Virus record (IMG/VR): IMGVR_UViG_3300022670_000061 | Coordinates: 1-46,578 of that record | Length of the DNA: 46,578 bases | From: a virus | Taxonomy: Duplodnaviria > Caudoviricetes | Direction: 5' to 3' (one strand) | Part shown: positions 8,701-18,133 of the stretch, piece after piece | How positions within the stretch are numbered: position 1 is the stretch's first letter | Layout: each line of letters starts with the position of its first letter | Translations under genes and position numbers: made by a program | The notes under the pieces: generated by a model | Database searches by the model: none | The model's input: the letters and a program-made list of their open reading frames with translations, nothing else | What the model was told of the DNA's origin: nothing

Positions 8701-10071
8701 GTGGCATTTATTGATGAATTACTTGTAGGGCTAGGATTTGAATATGATCCTAAAGAAGCAAAGAAATTCACTAAAGATCTTAATAAGACTGTCAATTCTA
8801 TTAAGAGCCTTACTCGTGTCGCAATAGGAGCCGCCGCTGCTCTTACAGGCTTAACCGTGGCGTCTACTCTAGCATCAGATGAACAGGGCAAACTAGCTAA
8901 TGAAATTGACGACACTGTTGAGAATATAGACGCCCTACAATTTGCGCTCAGACGTTCTGGTGGCACGGCGGATGGAATGTCCAACAGCCTTAGAACTTTG
9001 GCTATCCGAATTGCTGAGACAGCTCGAGGGGCAGGTTCTGGGATAGAAGCTTTTGGTCTACTTGGTATATCTGTCCATGAAGCAGATGGGCAATTGAAAT
9101 CAGCTAGTGACTTGCTCCTAGAAATATCTGATAGATTTAACAGGTTCAGTAAGATTCAACAATTGGAACTAGCAGATAAACTCGGAATACGAGATACCAT
9201 ACGGTTACTTCAACAAGGTCCACAAGCTATTCGTGAGCTGACAGATGAAGCCAAACGCTTGGGAGTAACCACCGCTGAAGACGCATCTGTCGCCAAAGAA
9301 TTTCAAGAGTCACTCACTGACATATGGCAAATCACCAAACAACTAACTAGATTATTGACAAGATCATTAGCCCCAATACTGAAAAAGGGGAACAAGGAAT
9401 TCACTGAATGGTTTAAGATTAATCGTAAATTAATCGAGCAGAATTTGCCAAAATGGATTGATCAGATAGTAATAGGGTTAAAGATATTGACAGCTGTCGC
9501 GGCTGGCTTCATAGCAATCAAACTTATAACGACCATCACCACATTAATAACTTTGTTTAGAGCCTTATCATTATCTATCCTCGCAGTAAATGCGGCGGCG
9601 CTAATACTCCCTATTCTTGTCGGCCTTGCCGTGGCAGCATTGGCGGCTGTCATAGAGGACATAGTCGTATTTGTTCAAGGAGGGGAAAGCCTTCTTGGAG
9701 ATCTTATAAAAGATTTTCCTCTATTGGAAAAGGCAGCCATCAAGGTTAAAGAAGTGTTTGAAGATATAAATGAGTTGATAGAGAATATAACATCTAGCGC
9801 CCCGTTTGCTTCTATAAGTGAGGACATAGCCACCACTATACGGAACACGCCTATCCTTAAACAGCTGAGTGATTTTGGCAAATCATTAAACCCATTCAGT
9901 AATGACGTTCCTCCAGAGTCTGCGGCTAACGTTAAGTCATCTAGCATAATAGTGGAAAAGGTAGAAATAAATGTGAATGGTGGTATAAATTCTCCTAGGG
10001 CTATAGCAGAAGAAGTTGCTAGTGTATTCCAACAGACAACCCAAGATCTAACAACAGTGGTGGAACAGTAG
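8701..10071 (+). CDS. Tape measure protein
   Basis: 456 aa, GTG start, IDELLVGLGFEYD N-terminus, helical with a hydrophobic central segment. Confidence 0.88.
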   Translation: MAFIDELLVGLGFEYDPKEAKKFTKDLNKTVNSIKSLTRVAIGAAAALTGLTVASTLASDEQGKLANEIDDTVENIDALQFALRRSGGTADGMSNSLRTLAIRIAETARGAGSGIEAFGLLGISVHEADGQLKSASDLLLEISDRFNRFSKIQQLELADKLGIRDTIRLLQQGPQAIRELTDEAKRLGVTTAEDASVAKEFQESLTDIWQITKQLTRLLTRSLAPILKKGNKEFTEWFKINRKLIEQNLPKWIDQIVIGLKILTAVAAGFIAIKLITTITTLITLFRALSLSILAVNAAALILPILVGLAVAALAAVIEDIVVFVQGGESLLGDLIKDFPLLEKAAIKVKEVFEDINELIENITSSAPFASISEDIATTIRNTPILKQLSDFGKSLNPFSNDVPPESAANVKSSSIIVEKVEINVNGGINSPRAIAEEVASVFQQTTQDLTTVVEQ

Positions 10072-10686
10072 ATGGCCTTTGAAAATTTATTCATACGAAC
10101 TCAACGGTCTATTGGTGGCATAGAATTAGATGCAGTATTGTCTGAATCCCATAATAGCACAATACTTTTAACAAAAAATCCTGTGGAATTGGGAACACAA
10201 ATAACTGACCATTCTATAATAGAACCTAAGAAGATAAATATTATTGCTGAAGTATCAGACACTCCTTTGGGGCTTGCGGCTTTTGGACAAATCGTAGATG
10301 TCATTACAGGTCTATTTGGGACATCAACTGTGGAAAGCATTACTAGGAGCAATGCTGCTTACGGTGCAATGATACTTCTCCAAGAAGCAAGAGAGCCATT
10401 AGAGATACAGACTAAATTAAAACTTTATCAAGATATGATTATCACTAATATATCTACCACTCAAGATAAAGATACTTCTCGTATTGTGAGCATGTCTATA
10501 GACTTAGAAGAGATACTAATAGTTCAGTCTGAATTGGTGCAATTGGATCCGTCCCAATTGCAAGACGGATCTCCTAAAGAACAAGCTTCTCCGCCTGTTC
10601 AAGAAGGACGTAAAGAACCAATTGATCCTAATGATAACACCAACAAATCAGTTCTTAAAACCATAAAAGATTGGATCGTAGAATGA
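10072..10686 (+). CDS. Baseplate/tube initiator (Dit-like) protein
   Basis: LDAVLSESH, TKNPVELGTQITDH and YQDMIITNIS motifs. Confidence 0.82.
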   Translation: MAFENLFIRTQRSIGGIELDAVLSESHNSTILLTKNPVELGTQITDHSIIEPKKINIIAEVSDTPLGLAAFGQIVDVITGLFGTSTVESITRSNAAYGAMILLQEAREPLEIQTKLKLYQDMIITNISTTQDKDTSRIVSMSIDLEEILIVQSELVQLDPSQLQDGSPKEQASPPVQEGRKEPIDPNDNTNKSVLKTIKDWIVE

Positions 10687-10994
10687 TAGAAATACCCCTT
10701 ACATCCGATCCAGAACAGTTATTTAACATTACGATCGAAGGCGAGAATTTTGATATAAGAGTTATATTAAATTCTAGAACATCAGTATGGTCTATCAATT
10801 TTTCTCAAGCTGGAGTGGATCTTATTGAAGGAGTGCCACTGTTGGGTGGTGTTGATATATTAAAGCAACATAATTTGCCTATTAGTAATATTTTTCTTGT
10901 TAATCTAGATGATTCTAATTTGGATCCGGATAAAACTAATTTAGGTACAGCCGCTAGATTGTTTATACTAGAAGATGAGGAAGTACCAACGTAA
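10683..10994 (+). CDS. Small baseplate protein
   Basis: MIEIPL..PEQLF and GVPLLGGVDIL motifs; start at ATG 10683. Confidence 0.78.
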   Translation: MIEIPLTSDPEQLFNITIEGENFDIRVILNSRTSVWSINFSQAGVDLIEGVPLLGGVDILKQHNLPISNIFLVNLDDSNLDPDKTNLGTAARLFILEDEEVPT

Positions 10995-11863
10995 TGTCTC
11001 GTCAATATAAAAGATTATATAAACTGACAATAACCCCTACTGATGGGGAAGCCAGAGTTGTGTCAGAGTTAAGGGTATCATTTGAGATAACTAAGAGCGT
11101 ATTGAGCTATCCTAACAGAGCTAAGATAATAATCTATAACCCGAGTCCGAATACATTGGCTTCCTTGCAAAAGAAATTTACAAAGATATCTCTTGACGCG
11201 GGATATGAAGGGGCTATACGATTAATATTCAAAGGTGAAATCAGAAATGTGTTTCAGTCTAAGATAAGCACAGATAGACTGATAACTGTATACGCTGGCG
11301 ATGGGGAACAAGACTGGCAAAATTCATCTTTCAATAAAACGTTTTCTGAAAATGTGGCGATGTCAAATGTCATAAAAGAAGTTATGCAATCTTTTAAAGA
11401 GACAACGATCGGAATACTAGAAGGACTACCAGATATAGCTGATAAACTTATGGGACAAACATTGTCTGGATCATCTAAAGCTATCCTAGATGAATTTGCA
11501 GAAGAGTATGGGTTTGATTGGAGCATTCAAGATGGTGAAATAATTACTACCCCATTTGATGAGCCATTGAGTAGTTTAGAAGCTGTACTAATTAACTCAG
11601 CGTCGGGCATGGTAGGTTCCCCGATACTAACTGAAATCGGTGCGGATGTGATAACTCTACTTAATCCAAGGTTAGTGCCCAATACAGCATTTCAAATAGA
11701 ATCAGTAGGAGCTGACATAGCTATTGGTAATTTATTTTTTAGAAATATACGAAAGACTTCTGCTGAAGGTATTTACAAAGTTCAAGAGACAATGTTTAAA
11801 GGGGATTCTAGAGAAGGAGTATGGTTATCTTCTGTTAAAGGGAGAAACATAGGTGCCCAATAG
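10994..11863 (+). CDS. Baseplate hub protein
   Basis: AKIIIYN, LDAGY, IFKGEI, WSIQDG and GMVGSP motifs. Confidence 0.85.
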   Translation: MSRQYKRLYKLTITPTDGEARVVSELRVSFEITKSVLSYPNRAKIIIYNPSPNTLASLQKKFTKISLDAGYEGAIRLIFKGEIRNVFQSKISTDRLITVYAGDGEQDWQNSSFNKTFSENVAMSNVIKEVMQSFKETTIGILEGLPDIADKLMGQTLSGSSKAILDEFAEEYGFDWSIQDGEIITTPFDEPLSSLEAVLINSASGMVGSPILTEIGADVITLLNPRLVPNTAFQIESVGADIAIGNLFFRNIRKTSAEGIYKVQETMFKGDSREGVWLSSVKGRNIGAQ

Positions 11864-12575
11864 TAAACAGAATAATATAGCTACCCTTGCTTCTACTATA
11901 GCCTTAGCTGTTAATAATCGCCTTAAGGATCTCCATACTTCTATGCCTGGGATTATAGAAAGCTTTGATCCAGCTACACAACTAGTCACGGTCCAGCCTG
12001 CTATAAAGAGAATATTTATAACCACAGAAACTGACAAGGAAATACTTGTCCCAGTGGATATACCATTGTTGATAAATGTGCCTGTATGTTTCCCTAGGGG
12101 TGGGGGGTTCTCATTGACATTCCCAGTAACTAAAGGGGATGAATGTTTATTAGTATTTTGTGAAAGGTCCATAGATAACTGGCATCAATTCGGAGGAGTT
12201 AAGGAACCTATTGCTAGAAGATTCCATGCCCTTTCAGATGCTATAGCATATGTCGGCTTATCTTCATTGCCAAATAAAGTGCCTGATTACAGTTCAACAG
12301 ATGTAGAACTCAAAAAAGATGACGGTAGTTCCAAGATTACTATTGCGGCTGATGGGACAATGACTTTAAAAACAGATGTCAAAGTGACAGTGGATACGCC
12401 TGATGCAGAATTCACAGGCAATCTGAAAGTGTTAGGGAATTTAGAAGTAGTCGGGGAAACTGCATTGTCAGAAACAGTTACTTCAAATAGTAAAGATATA
12501 AGTGATACTCACACGCATATAGGTTCAGCGACAGCGCCGACAGGGCCGAAAGTTAACACAGGAGTTGTGGTATGA
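11853..12575 (+). CDS. Baseplate central spike (Gp138/gpV-like)
   Basis: TSMPGII, VPVCFPRGGG, GDECLLVFCERSID and C-terminal HTH metal-binding His pair. Confidence 0.88.
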   Translation: MPNSKQNNIATLASTIALAVNNRLKDLHTSMPGIIESFDPATQLVTVQPAIKRIFITTETDKEILVPVDIPLLINVPVCFPRGGGFSLTFPVTKGDECLLVFCERSIDNWHQFGGVKEPIARRFHALSDAIAYVGLSSLPNKVPDYSSTDVELKKDDGSSKITIAADGTMTLKTDVKVTVDTPDAEFTGNLKVLGNLEVVGETALSETVTSNSKDISDTHTHIGSATAPTGPKVNTGVVV

Positions 12576-12937
12576 TAGGCAGGGGACTAGATTCTAATAA
12601 TGATTTTATAGTACAAGGCGGTACGTTCCAACTAGTTCAGGACGGAGAAGAAGTCGTGCAGCATGTCAGAACAAGGCTTCAGTTTTATCTGGAAGAATGG
12701 TTCTTAGACATATTAGCGGGTGTGCCTTATACTCAAAATATATTTACAAAGCCCGCAAATTTAGCTAATATAGAATCCATACTAAAAACCAAGATTTTGA
12801 ATACTCCCGGAGTAGAAAAATTGACAGAATTTGCTATGAATTATGAAGGGCAGTCCATAAGGAAATTAACAGTTTCTTTTTCCGCAGAAACTAGTTTCGG
12901 GATAATTAACGAAGAGAAGGTGACTATAAATGTCTGA
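12572..12937 (+). CDS. Baseplate wedge/sheath initiator (gp25/gp46-like)
   Basis: VRTRLQFYLEEWFLD..GVPY and ILNTPGV motifs. Confidence 0.82.
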   Translation: MIGRGLDSNNDFIVQGGTFQLVQDGEEVVQHVRTRLQFYLEEWFLDILAGVPYTQNIFTKPANLANIESILKTKILNTPGVEKLTEFAMNYEGQSIRKLTVSFSAETSFGIINEEKVTINV

Positions 12938-14108
12938 TGATTTTGGTATATCTGAAACAGGTTTTAATCGTAAAAGGTTAGATGAATTATTATCTGAATT
13001 GAATGGGGCAATGCAAGCTATATTCGGGCTTAACTTTAATATTTCTCCTGAGTCTCCTGACGGACAAATCAATGGCGTAATTTCAGAATCCAATGCTAAT
13101 CTATGGGAAATTGCAAATGAAGCCTATGACGCATTTAACCCCTCGGCAGCTACAGGAATTACTCTTTCAAATCTTGTGCAGATGAATGGCATCACTCGTT
13201 TAGCTGCCACTAATTCAAGAGCATCATTAACCATAACTGGAACAGCTAACATCACAATCCCGTCTGGGAGTCAAGTAAGCACTTCAGATACAGGCAGTGT
13301 ATTTATAACTGAATCCGAATTAGTGCTAGACGGAGCAGGCAATGGTGTCGTATTTGCTAATGCTTTTCTCACTGGCCCTGTCATAGCACTTGCAGTAACA
13401 CTCACTGTTATTGACAACCCTGTTACTGGATGGGATACTGTTACTAATGGTGCGGATGCCACATTAGGAACTAACGAAGAAACTGATGTAGATTTACGAG
13501 CAAGAAGAGAACGTTCTGTATCTAAAACGGCTCAAGCTATTGTTGACGCCATGTTTGCAGCGATAGCTAATATTGACGGGGTCACAGCCGTAACAGTATT
13601 AGAAAATGATACTGACATAGTTGATGCTAACGGCTTACCTCCTCATTCCACACAAGCCATAGTTGTCGGCGGAGATGATGCTGAAATTGCTGAAAGTATT
13701 TTCTTAAAGAAAGCGGCAGGTATAACACCATTTGGAACAACGACTGTACCAGTTTTAGATAGTCAAAGTATATCTCATGATATATCTTTTTCAAGGCCTG
13801 CTGAGGTGGATATATTTGTTGAGGTAGATTTGACAACAGATTCAGATTATCCTTCAAATGGAGATGATCTAGTTAAACAAGCTATTGTGGATTATGCTAA
13901 TGGTATACTAGTTCCTGGTAGAGGATTTCCATTAGGAGAAGATGTAATATTCACTAGACTGTATACTCCTATAAACTCAGTTCAAGGCCACTTCATAGCT
14001 GATTTGCAAGTCGGGCTAGTTGCCCCAGCTTCTGGCACTTCTAACTTACCCATACTTATTACAGAAATATCTAATTTTGTGATAGCTAATATTGTGGTGA
14101 ATTCATAA
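12930..14108 (+). CDS. Baseplate J-like wedge protein
   Basis: SPDGQ, GTNEETDVDLRARR, VLEND, GLPPHS and AAGI motifs. Confidence 0.9.
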   Translation: MSDDFGISETGFNRKRLDELLSELNGAMQAIFGLNFNISPESPDGQINGVISESNANLWEIANEAYDAFNPSAATGITLSNLVQMNGITRLAATNSRASLTITGTANITIPSGSQVSTSDTGSVFITESELVLDGAGNGVVFANAFLTGPVIALAVTLTVIDNPVTGWDTVTNGADATLGTNEETDVDLRARRERSVSKTAQAIVDAMFAAIANIDGVTAVTVLENDTDIVDANGLPPHSTQAIVVGGDDAEIAESIFLKKAAGITPFGTTTVPVLDSQSISHDISFSRPAEVDIFVEVDLTTDSDYPSNGDDLVKQAIVDYANGILVPGRGFPLGEDVIFTRLYTPINSVQGHFIADLQVGLVAPASGTSNLPILITEISNFVIANIVVNS

Positions 14109-14812
14109 TGGCAACAACTATAGACCATAAGAAACAAGCGGTATCCAGATTAGCTGTACAGTTTTCTGAATCAACTAATTTTATAAACTATATGATCACA
14201 TTATTGACAGAAGCAGATACATTGGAAGAAGTCTTTCAATCTATTATTGATGAGAGATTTATAGATACTGCTATCGGTGTTCAGCTGGATGTGTTAGGTG
14301 CGATAGTCGGTCAACCTAGGGAATTTATAGGCGCTGATATATTTGGTTATTTTGGCTTTGCAGTTAACCCCGCTTCAGGTTCATTCGGTTCAGTACTGGA
14401 TCCATCACTAGGTGAAAGATTTAGAGTTTTAGGAGAACCTATAACAGGAATAAGAATACTAACTGATACTGAATACAGACTTTTTATACGAGCTAAAATA
14501 ATTGCGAATAAAACACTATCCACCCCAGAAGATATTATTGAGCAAATCAGTTTCTTGTTTGCAGCTGATCAAGTAATATTTCAAGATGGAGATACAGAAT
14601 ATAGTGTTGCTATTGGTAGAGTCTTATCTTCTGAAGAAAAAGCAGTATTATTCAATACGGACATAGTCCCTAAGACCGCCGGAGTTAGGGTTAACTATAC
14701 AGTAAATTATGATTTTGAAAACTTTTTCGGATTTGCAGGTGTCCCTAATAGTGCTGGATTCGGTTCAGTGGTTGATCCAAATCTAGGCGGCGCATTTGGA
14801 TCGTTAATATAA
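14108..14812 (+). CDS. Baseplate wedge protein (DUF2612)
   Basis: IDTAIGVQLDVLGAIVGQPR, YRLFIRAKIIAN and PKTAGV motifs; duplicated FGF motif. Confidence 0.88.
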   Translation: MATTIDHKKQAVSRLAVQFSESTNFINYMITLLTEADTLEEVFQSIIDERFIDTAIGVQLDVLGAIVGQPREFIGADIFGYFGFAVNPASGSFGSVLDPSLGERFRVLGEPITGIRILTDTEYRLFIRAKIIANKTLSTPEDIIEQISFLFAADQVIFQDGDTEYSVAIGRVLSSEEKAVLFNTDIVPKTAGVRVNYTVNYDFENFFGFAGVPNSAGFGSVVDPNLGGAFGSLI

Positions 14813-14831
14813 TTTATAGGAGAAATATGAA

Positions 14832-16958
14832 ATGAGTACAATTAAACCAAATCTAGTTCGTGTATGGGCATCAGCTGCTCCAGGAGGTAATATTGTTGAC
14901 CCAGACGTAACCACTACAGATAAATTTATAGATGGATGGCTTGCTGAAGTGCCTCCGTTTGAACATTTTAATTTTTTACAAAACTTGTTCACCGCTGCAC
15001 TAGCCCATAACAATGAGCAAGGGACTAACGTATGGGACACAGACACTACCTACCCTATCGGGGGTGTGGCTAAGGGTTCTGATGGGGATCTGTACATCGC
15101 TCTTGTTGAACAAAATGGAAATGATCCAGTTACTGATTCAGGTACTAACTGGAGATTAGCTTATCTAAAAGCTGAAGACATGCCTGCTACTGCTAAGGAG
15201 TTCGGCGCGTTGGATGATGGGGCTATGCTGTACACCACTGAAATCCAAGCTATGTTTGATGACATTGACGAAGCGGAGGGCAGTGATTGGTGGCTAAAAG
15301 GCAGAGTTGGTCATGTAAATGCGGCTAAACGAATCACCACTGCTCATTTTGAAGATAGCGTAGCTGGCATAATTAAATTTGAGGATGTAGATTGGTCATT
15401 AAATACAACAATTGAATCTTTTGGGGCATCAAGACAGGTTGTTTGGCATATTAATAATATTTCAGATGGAGGAACCCCTGTTAATGAGTTTAGAATTCAT
15501 GCGCCATACCATCCTGGACTTGTATTAGACTATAAACCACCTCTATCGTATGCACCATTTATTCAAGAAGCTCAAGGAATTAGTGGAGGTGAAGAATTTG
15601 TATCAATCGTATATAACAGAGATAGCTATAATATTATGCAGGTCTTTGCAGATACAGAAAATGCAATATTCCAATGGAAAACCTTTCCAGAATATTTATC
15701 TCAAAGTTTTCTTAACCCGTTATCTAAAGTCCAAGCTATTGATATTATTACAGGCAACCAAACTATTCAGGCATCTACATTTGATATTAATGAGGATGTA
15801 TCGTTGCAAGTTGGAGAAGCTATAAAAATTCGTTCAGGAGCGGTTGCCATTAACGACCACACTTTTCCAGAACCTAGATTATATCTGCATAATGGCAATA
15901 CTGGTCAGCGATCTCACTTCGGTTTAGCATCTGATGATTCCTTCTTAGCGCAAGAAATTACAGGTATTTCTCAAGGAAGCAATCTATTTACAATAAGTAA
16001 TTCCGTTGTATTTGAGAAAGCCACGGCTTCTGCTCCTAGCGCCACGAATGCGGCTTTGCAGATAGGACATAACAATGTAAATTCAAAGTCTATTAACGCC
16101 ACCGGAACGATTAATGCCAGCGGTGCTGACTATGCTGAATACATTAAGAAGTCACTAAACTGTGGTACTATTTTAAAAGGCGACATATGTGGTATCAATA
16201 GTGATGGTCATGTAACTGATAAATATGATGAGGCTATTTCATTCGTAGTTAAATCTACAAATCCTAATCTTGTCGGTGGAGATACATGGGGCACAAATGC
16301 GCCAGAAAAAAGATCGCCTGAATGGTTTACATGGTTTGACGAATTACAAGGCATGATTAAGGAGCGGCCTGACATGGAAGCATGGAACCATGAAGCTTGG
16401 AAAAAGGGTCATGATCATTTAATGCTGATAAAACCTACTAAGGAATCAGATAGAGTTATTGATTGGAAATCTAAAGTACAAAAATTAAAAGCTATGAAGC
16501 CTGAGGCTGACACGTTAATGTTTGAAACTTGGAATGATAAAATGAGTAGTCTTTTATCTAACGATCCTCAAAAGGTTTGGAAGTCTCAGTACAAAAAAGT
16601 AATGACAGATGAACCTGATATTGATTTTGAAAATCATAAAGATTGGTTTGCTAGGGTAGAAGCTTTTCAACAAACGCAACCCACTGAGTCTTCTGAAGAA
16701 TGGAAGACATGGGCAGAAGTATCAGAAGTTGAAAGACAGAAATATGATCGTATTGCTTTTTCTGGTATTGCGCCCGCTAACTGTACCGCAATAGTAGGAG
16801 ATCATGTACTGCCATTTCGTGAAAACGATGGCAGTATAAGCGGCTTTGCAATAAGCGATGATGATATATCTTTCCAGGATTATAAACGATCTGTCGGCAG
16901 GGTATGGTATATAGATTCTGAAACTAGTATACCTGTTCTATGCATAAAGGTATCGTAA
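14832..16958 (+). CDS. Tail fibre/spike with C-terminal autoproteolytic chaperone (Peptidase_G2/IMC-like)
   Basis: N-terminal VWA..GWLAEVPPFEHFNFLQN baseplate anchor; ASGADYAEY, STNPNLVGGDTW and DRIAFSG chaperone motifs. Confidence 0.85.
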   Translation: MSTIKPNLVRVWASAAPGGNIVDPDVTTTDKFIDGWLAEVPPFEHFNFLQNLFTAALAHNNEQGTNVWDTDTTYPIGGVAKGSDGDLYIALVEQNGNDPVTDSGTNWRLAYLKAEDMPATAKEFGALDDGAMLYTTEIQAMFDDIDEAEGSDWWLKGRVGHVNAAKRITTAHFEDSVAGIIKFEDVDWSLNTTIESFGASRQVVWHINNISDGGTPVNEFRIHAPYHPGLVLDYKPPLSYAPFIQEAQGISGGEEFVSIVYNRDSYNIMQVFADTENAIFQWKTFPEYLSQSFLNPLSKVQAIDIITGNQTIQASTFDINEDVSLQVGEAIKIRSGAVAINDHTFPEPRLYLHNGNTGQRSHFGLASDDSFLAQEITGISQGSNLFTISNSVVFEKATASAPSATNAALQIGHNNVNSKSINATGTINASGADYAEYIKKSLNCGTILKGDICGINSDGHVTDKYDEAISFVVKSTNPNLVGGDTWGTNAPEKRSPEWFTWFDELQGMIKERPDMEAWNHEAWKKGHDHLMLIKPTKESDRVIDWKSKVQKLKAMKPEADTLMFETWNDKMSSLLSNDPQKVWKSQYKKVMTDEPDIDFENHKDWFARVEAFQQTQPTESSEEWKTWAEVSEVERQKYDRIAFSGIAPANCTAIVGDHVLPFRENDGSISGFAISDDDISFQDYKRSVGRVWYIDSETSIPVLCIKVS

Positions 16959-16959
16959 A

Positions 16960-17412
16960 ATGTCCAGAGTCATAACACAGATAATTATTCATTGTTCAGA
17001 TACTTATGTAACTATGGATATCGGGGCAAAGGAAATTCGTAAATGGCACACTGATCCAAAACCAAAAGGACGAGGATGGTTAGGTATAGGATATACCAAT
17101 GTGTTAAGGCGCAACGGAGTAATTGAAGCGGGGCGAGACTTAGACAACGATGGTGATCTTGATGAAGAGATTGGTGCTCATGCACTAGGCCATAACCATA
17201 ATAGTATAAGTTTATGCATGGTAGGCGGCAGAGGTGTTGATGGAAAGCCGGAAGCCAATTTTACTATGCATCAGTATGCCTCTTTAACTAGATGGCTACT
17301 TGAAAAGAAAGTGTTGTATCCCAACGCTGAAATACTAGGTCATTGCGACTTGGCTGGGGTCACAAAAGCTTGCCCCTCTTTTAATGTAAAAGCTTTTATA
17401 AAAGGAGAATAG
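16960..17412 (+). CDS. Endolysin, N-acetylmuramoyl-L-alanine amidase (T7 lysozyme-like)
   Basis: IIIHCS, GWLGIGY, IGAHALGHN, ILGHCDL and KACPSF Zn-amidase motifs. Confidence 0.93.
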   Translation: MSRVITQIIIHCSDTYVTMDIGAKEIRKWHTDPKPKGRGWLGIGYTNVLRRNGVIEAGRDLDNDGDLDEEIGAHALGHNHNSISLCMVGGRGVDGKPEANFTMHQYASLTRWLLEKKVLYPNAEILGHCDLAGVTKACPSFNVKAFIKGE

Positions 17413-17414
17413 AT

Positions 17415-17630
17415 ATGAGTAAGTTTTTTCTAAAGAGTAAGACTGTGCTCGGAGTGCTGATAAGCATTGCTCCGACAGTGTTGCCACTTGTAGGCATAGA
17501 TTTTAATCCCGATGACGCAACTATGTTTACATCCACTGCTGACTTAGTTATCCAAGCCGTCGGAGCTGTGCTGGCTCTTTATGGCCGAGTTAAAGCTAAG
17601 GTCGCATTGGCTTTAGGGACAGGAGAATAA
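17415..17630 (+). CDS. Putative holin (2 TM segments)
   Basis: 71 aa; KFFLKSKTV..LALYGRVKAK pattern with two hydrophobic helices; next to the endolysin. Confidence 0.7.
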   Translation: MSKFFLKSKTVLGVLISIAPTVLPLVGIDFNPDDATMFTSTADLVIQAVGAVLALYGRVKAKVALALGTGE

Positions 17631-17632
17631 CG

Positions 17633-18004
17633 ATGAAACATTTTATTAACGGTTTAATAATTCTATCTGTAATGCTTATTCTTTCAGCTTGCGCTGGGGC
17701 AGTTCCATGGAACATGCAGAATTACGCGGGGATAAATAAAATAACCTTTTCATGGTGCAAAGCGGCTGACGGAAATGAATATCTCCCATGCAACGTTACT
17801 ATCATAAACGGTAAAGAAAACGGAGCTGTTGATTTTAAATTTGAAACATCCGATGGGAGCATATTGAATTTCGCGGCGGATGATGTCAAGGCATTTGAAG
17901 GTCAAGATATTAGGGCTAGGGTAGAAAGTCTGATAGCAGAAAAGGGGTTTGAAGTAGCGCCTGAAATTGTGGATACTATTATTAAGGCCATGGGCGGTAT
18001 ATAA
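17633..18004 (+). CDS. Lipoprotein (possibly spanin-like or exclusion protein)
   Basis: Signal peptide with lipobox LSA-C20; no C-terminal TM helix. Confidence 0.7.
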   Translation: MKHFINGLIILSVMLILSACAGAVPWNMQNYAGINKITFSWCKAADGNEYLPCNVTIINGKENGAVDFKFETSDGSILNFAADDVKAFEGQDIRARVESLIAEKGFEVAPEIVDTIIKAMGGI

Positions 18005-18005
18005 A

Positions 18006-18125
18006 ATGAGAAAACCTCGTAAAGTTAAAAAGGTTAATAAGCCTAAACGCGACAAGGATATAGTTCGTCCGGATAGGCCTGATAGACCTGATAGGCCAGA
18101 AAGGCCCGTTAGGCCAAACAAATAA
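18006..18125 (+). CDS. 39-aa Lys/Arg/Pro-rich peptide with RP[DEVN] repeats
   Basis: MRKPRKVKKVNKPKRDKDIVRPDRPDRPDRPERPVRPNK; starts just after the lipoprotein stop (TAA-A-ATG) and fills the gap; repeat codons vary synonymously. Confidence 0.65.
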   Translation: MRKPRKVKKVNKPKRDKDIVRPDRPDRPDRPERPVRPNK

Positions 18126-18133
18126 GATTATAA

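Noticed and set aside
14341-14805. Duplicated FGF..P...FGSV.DP.LG motif in the DUF2612 protein
   Set aside because: The repeat is real but appears to be an ordinary feature of this baseplate wedge family.
14832-16958. Diversity-generating retroelement or invertible tail-fibre cassette
   Set aside because: No reverse transcriptase, invertase or duplicated template region is evident.
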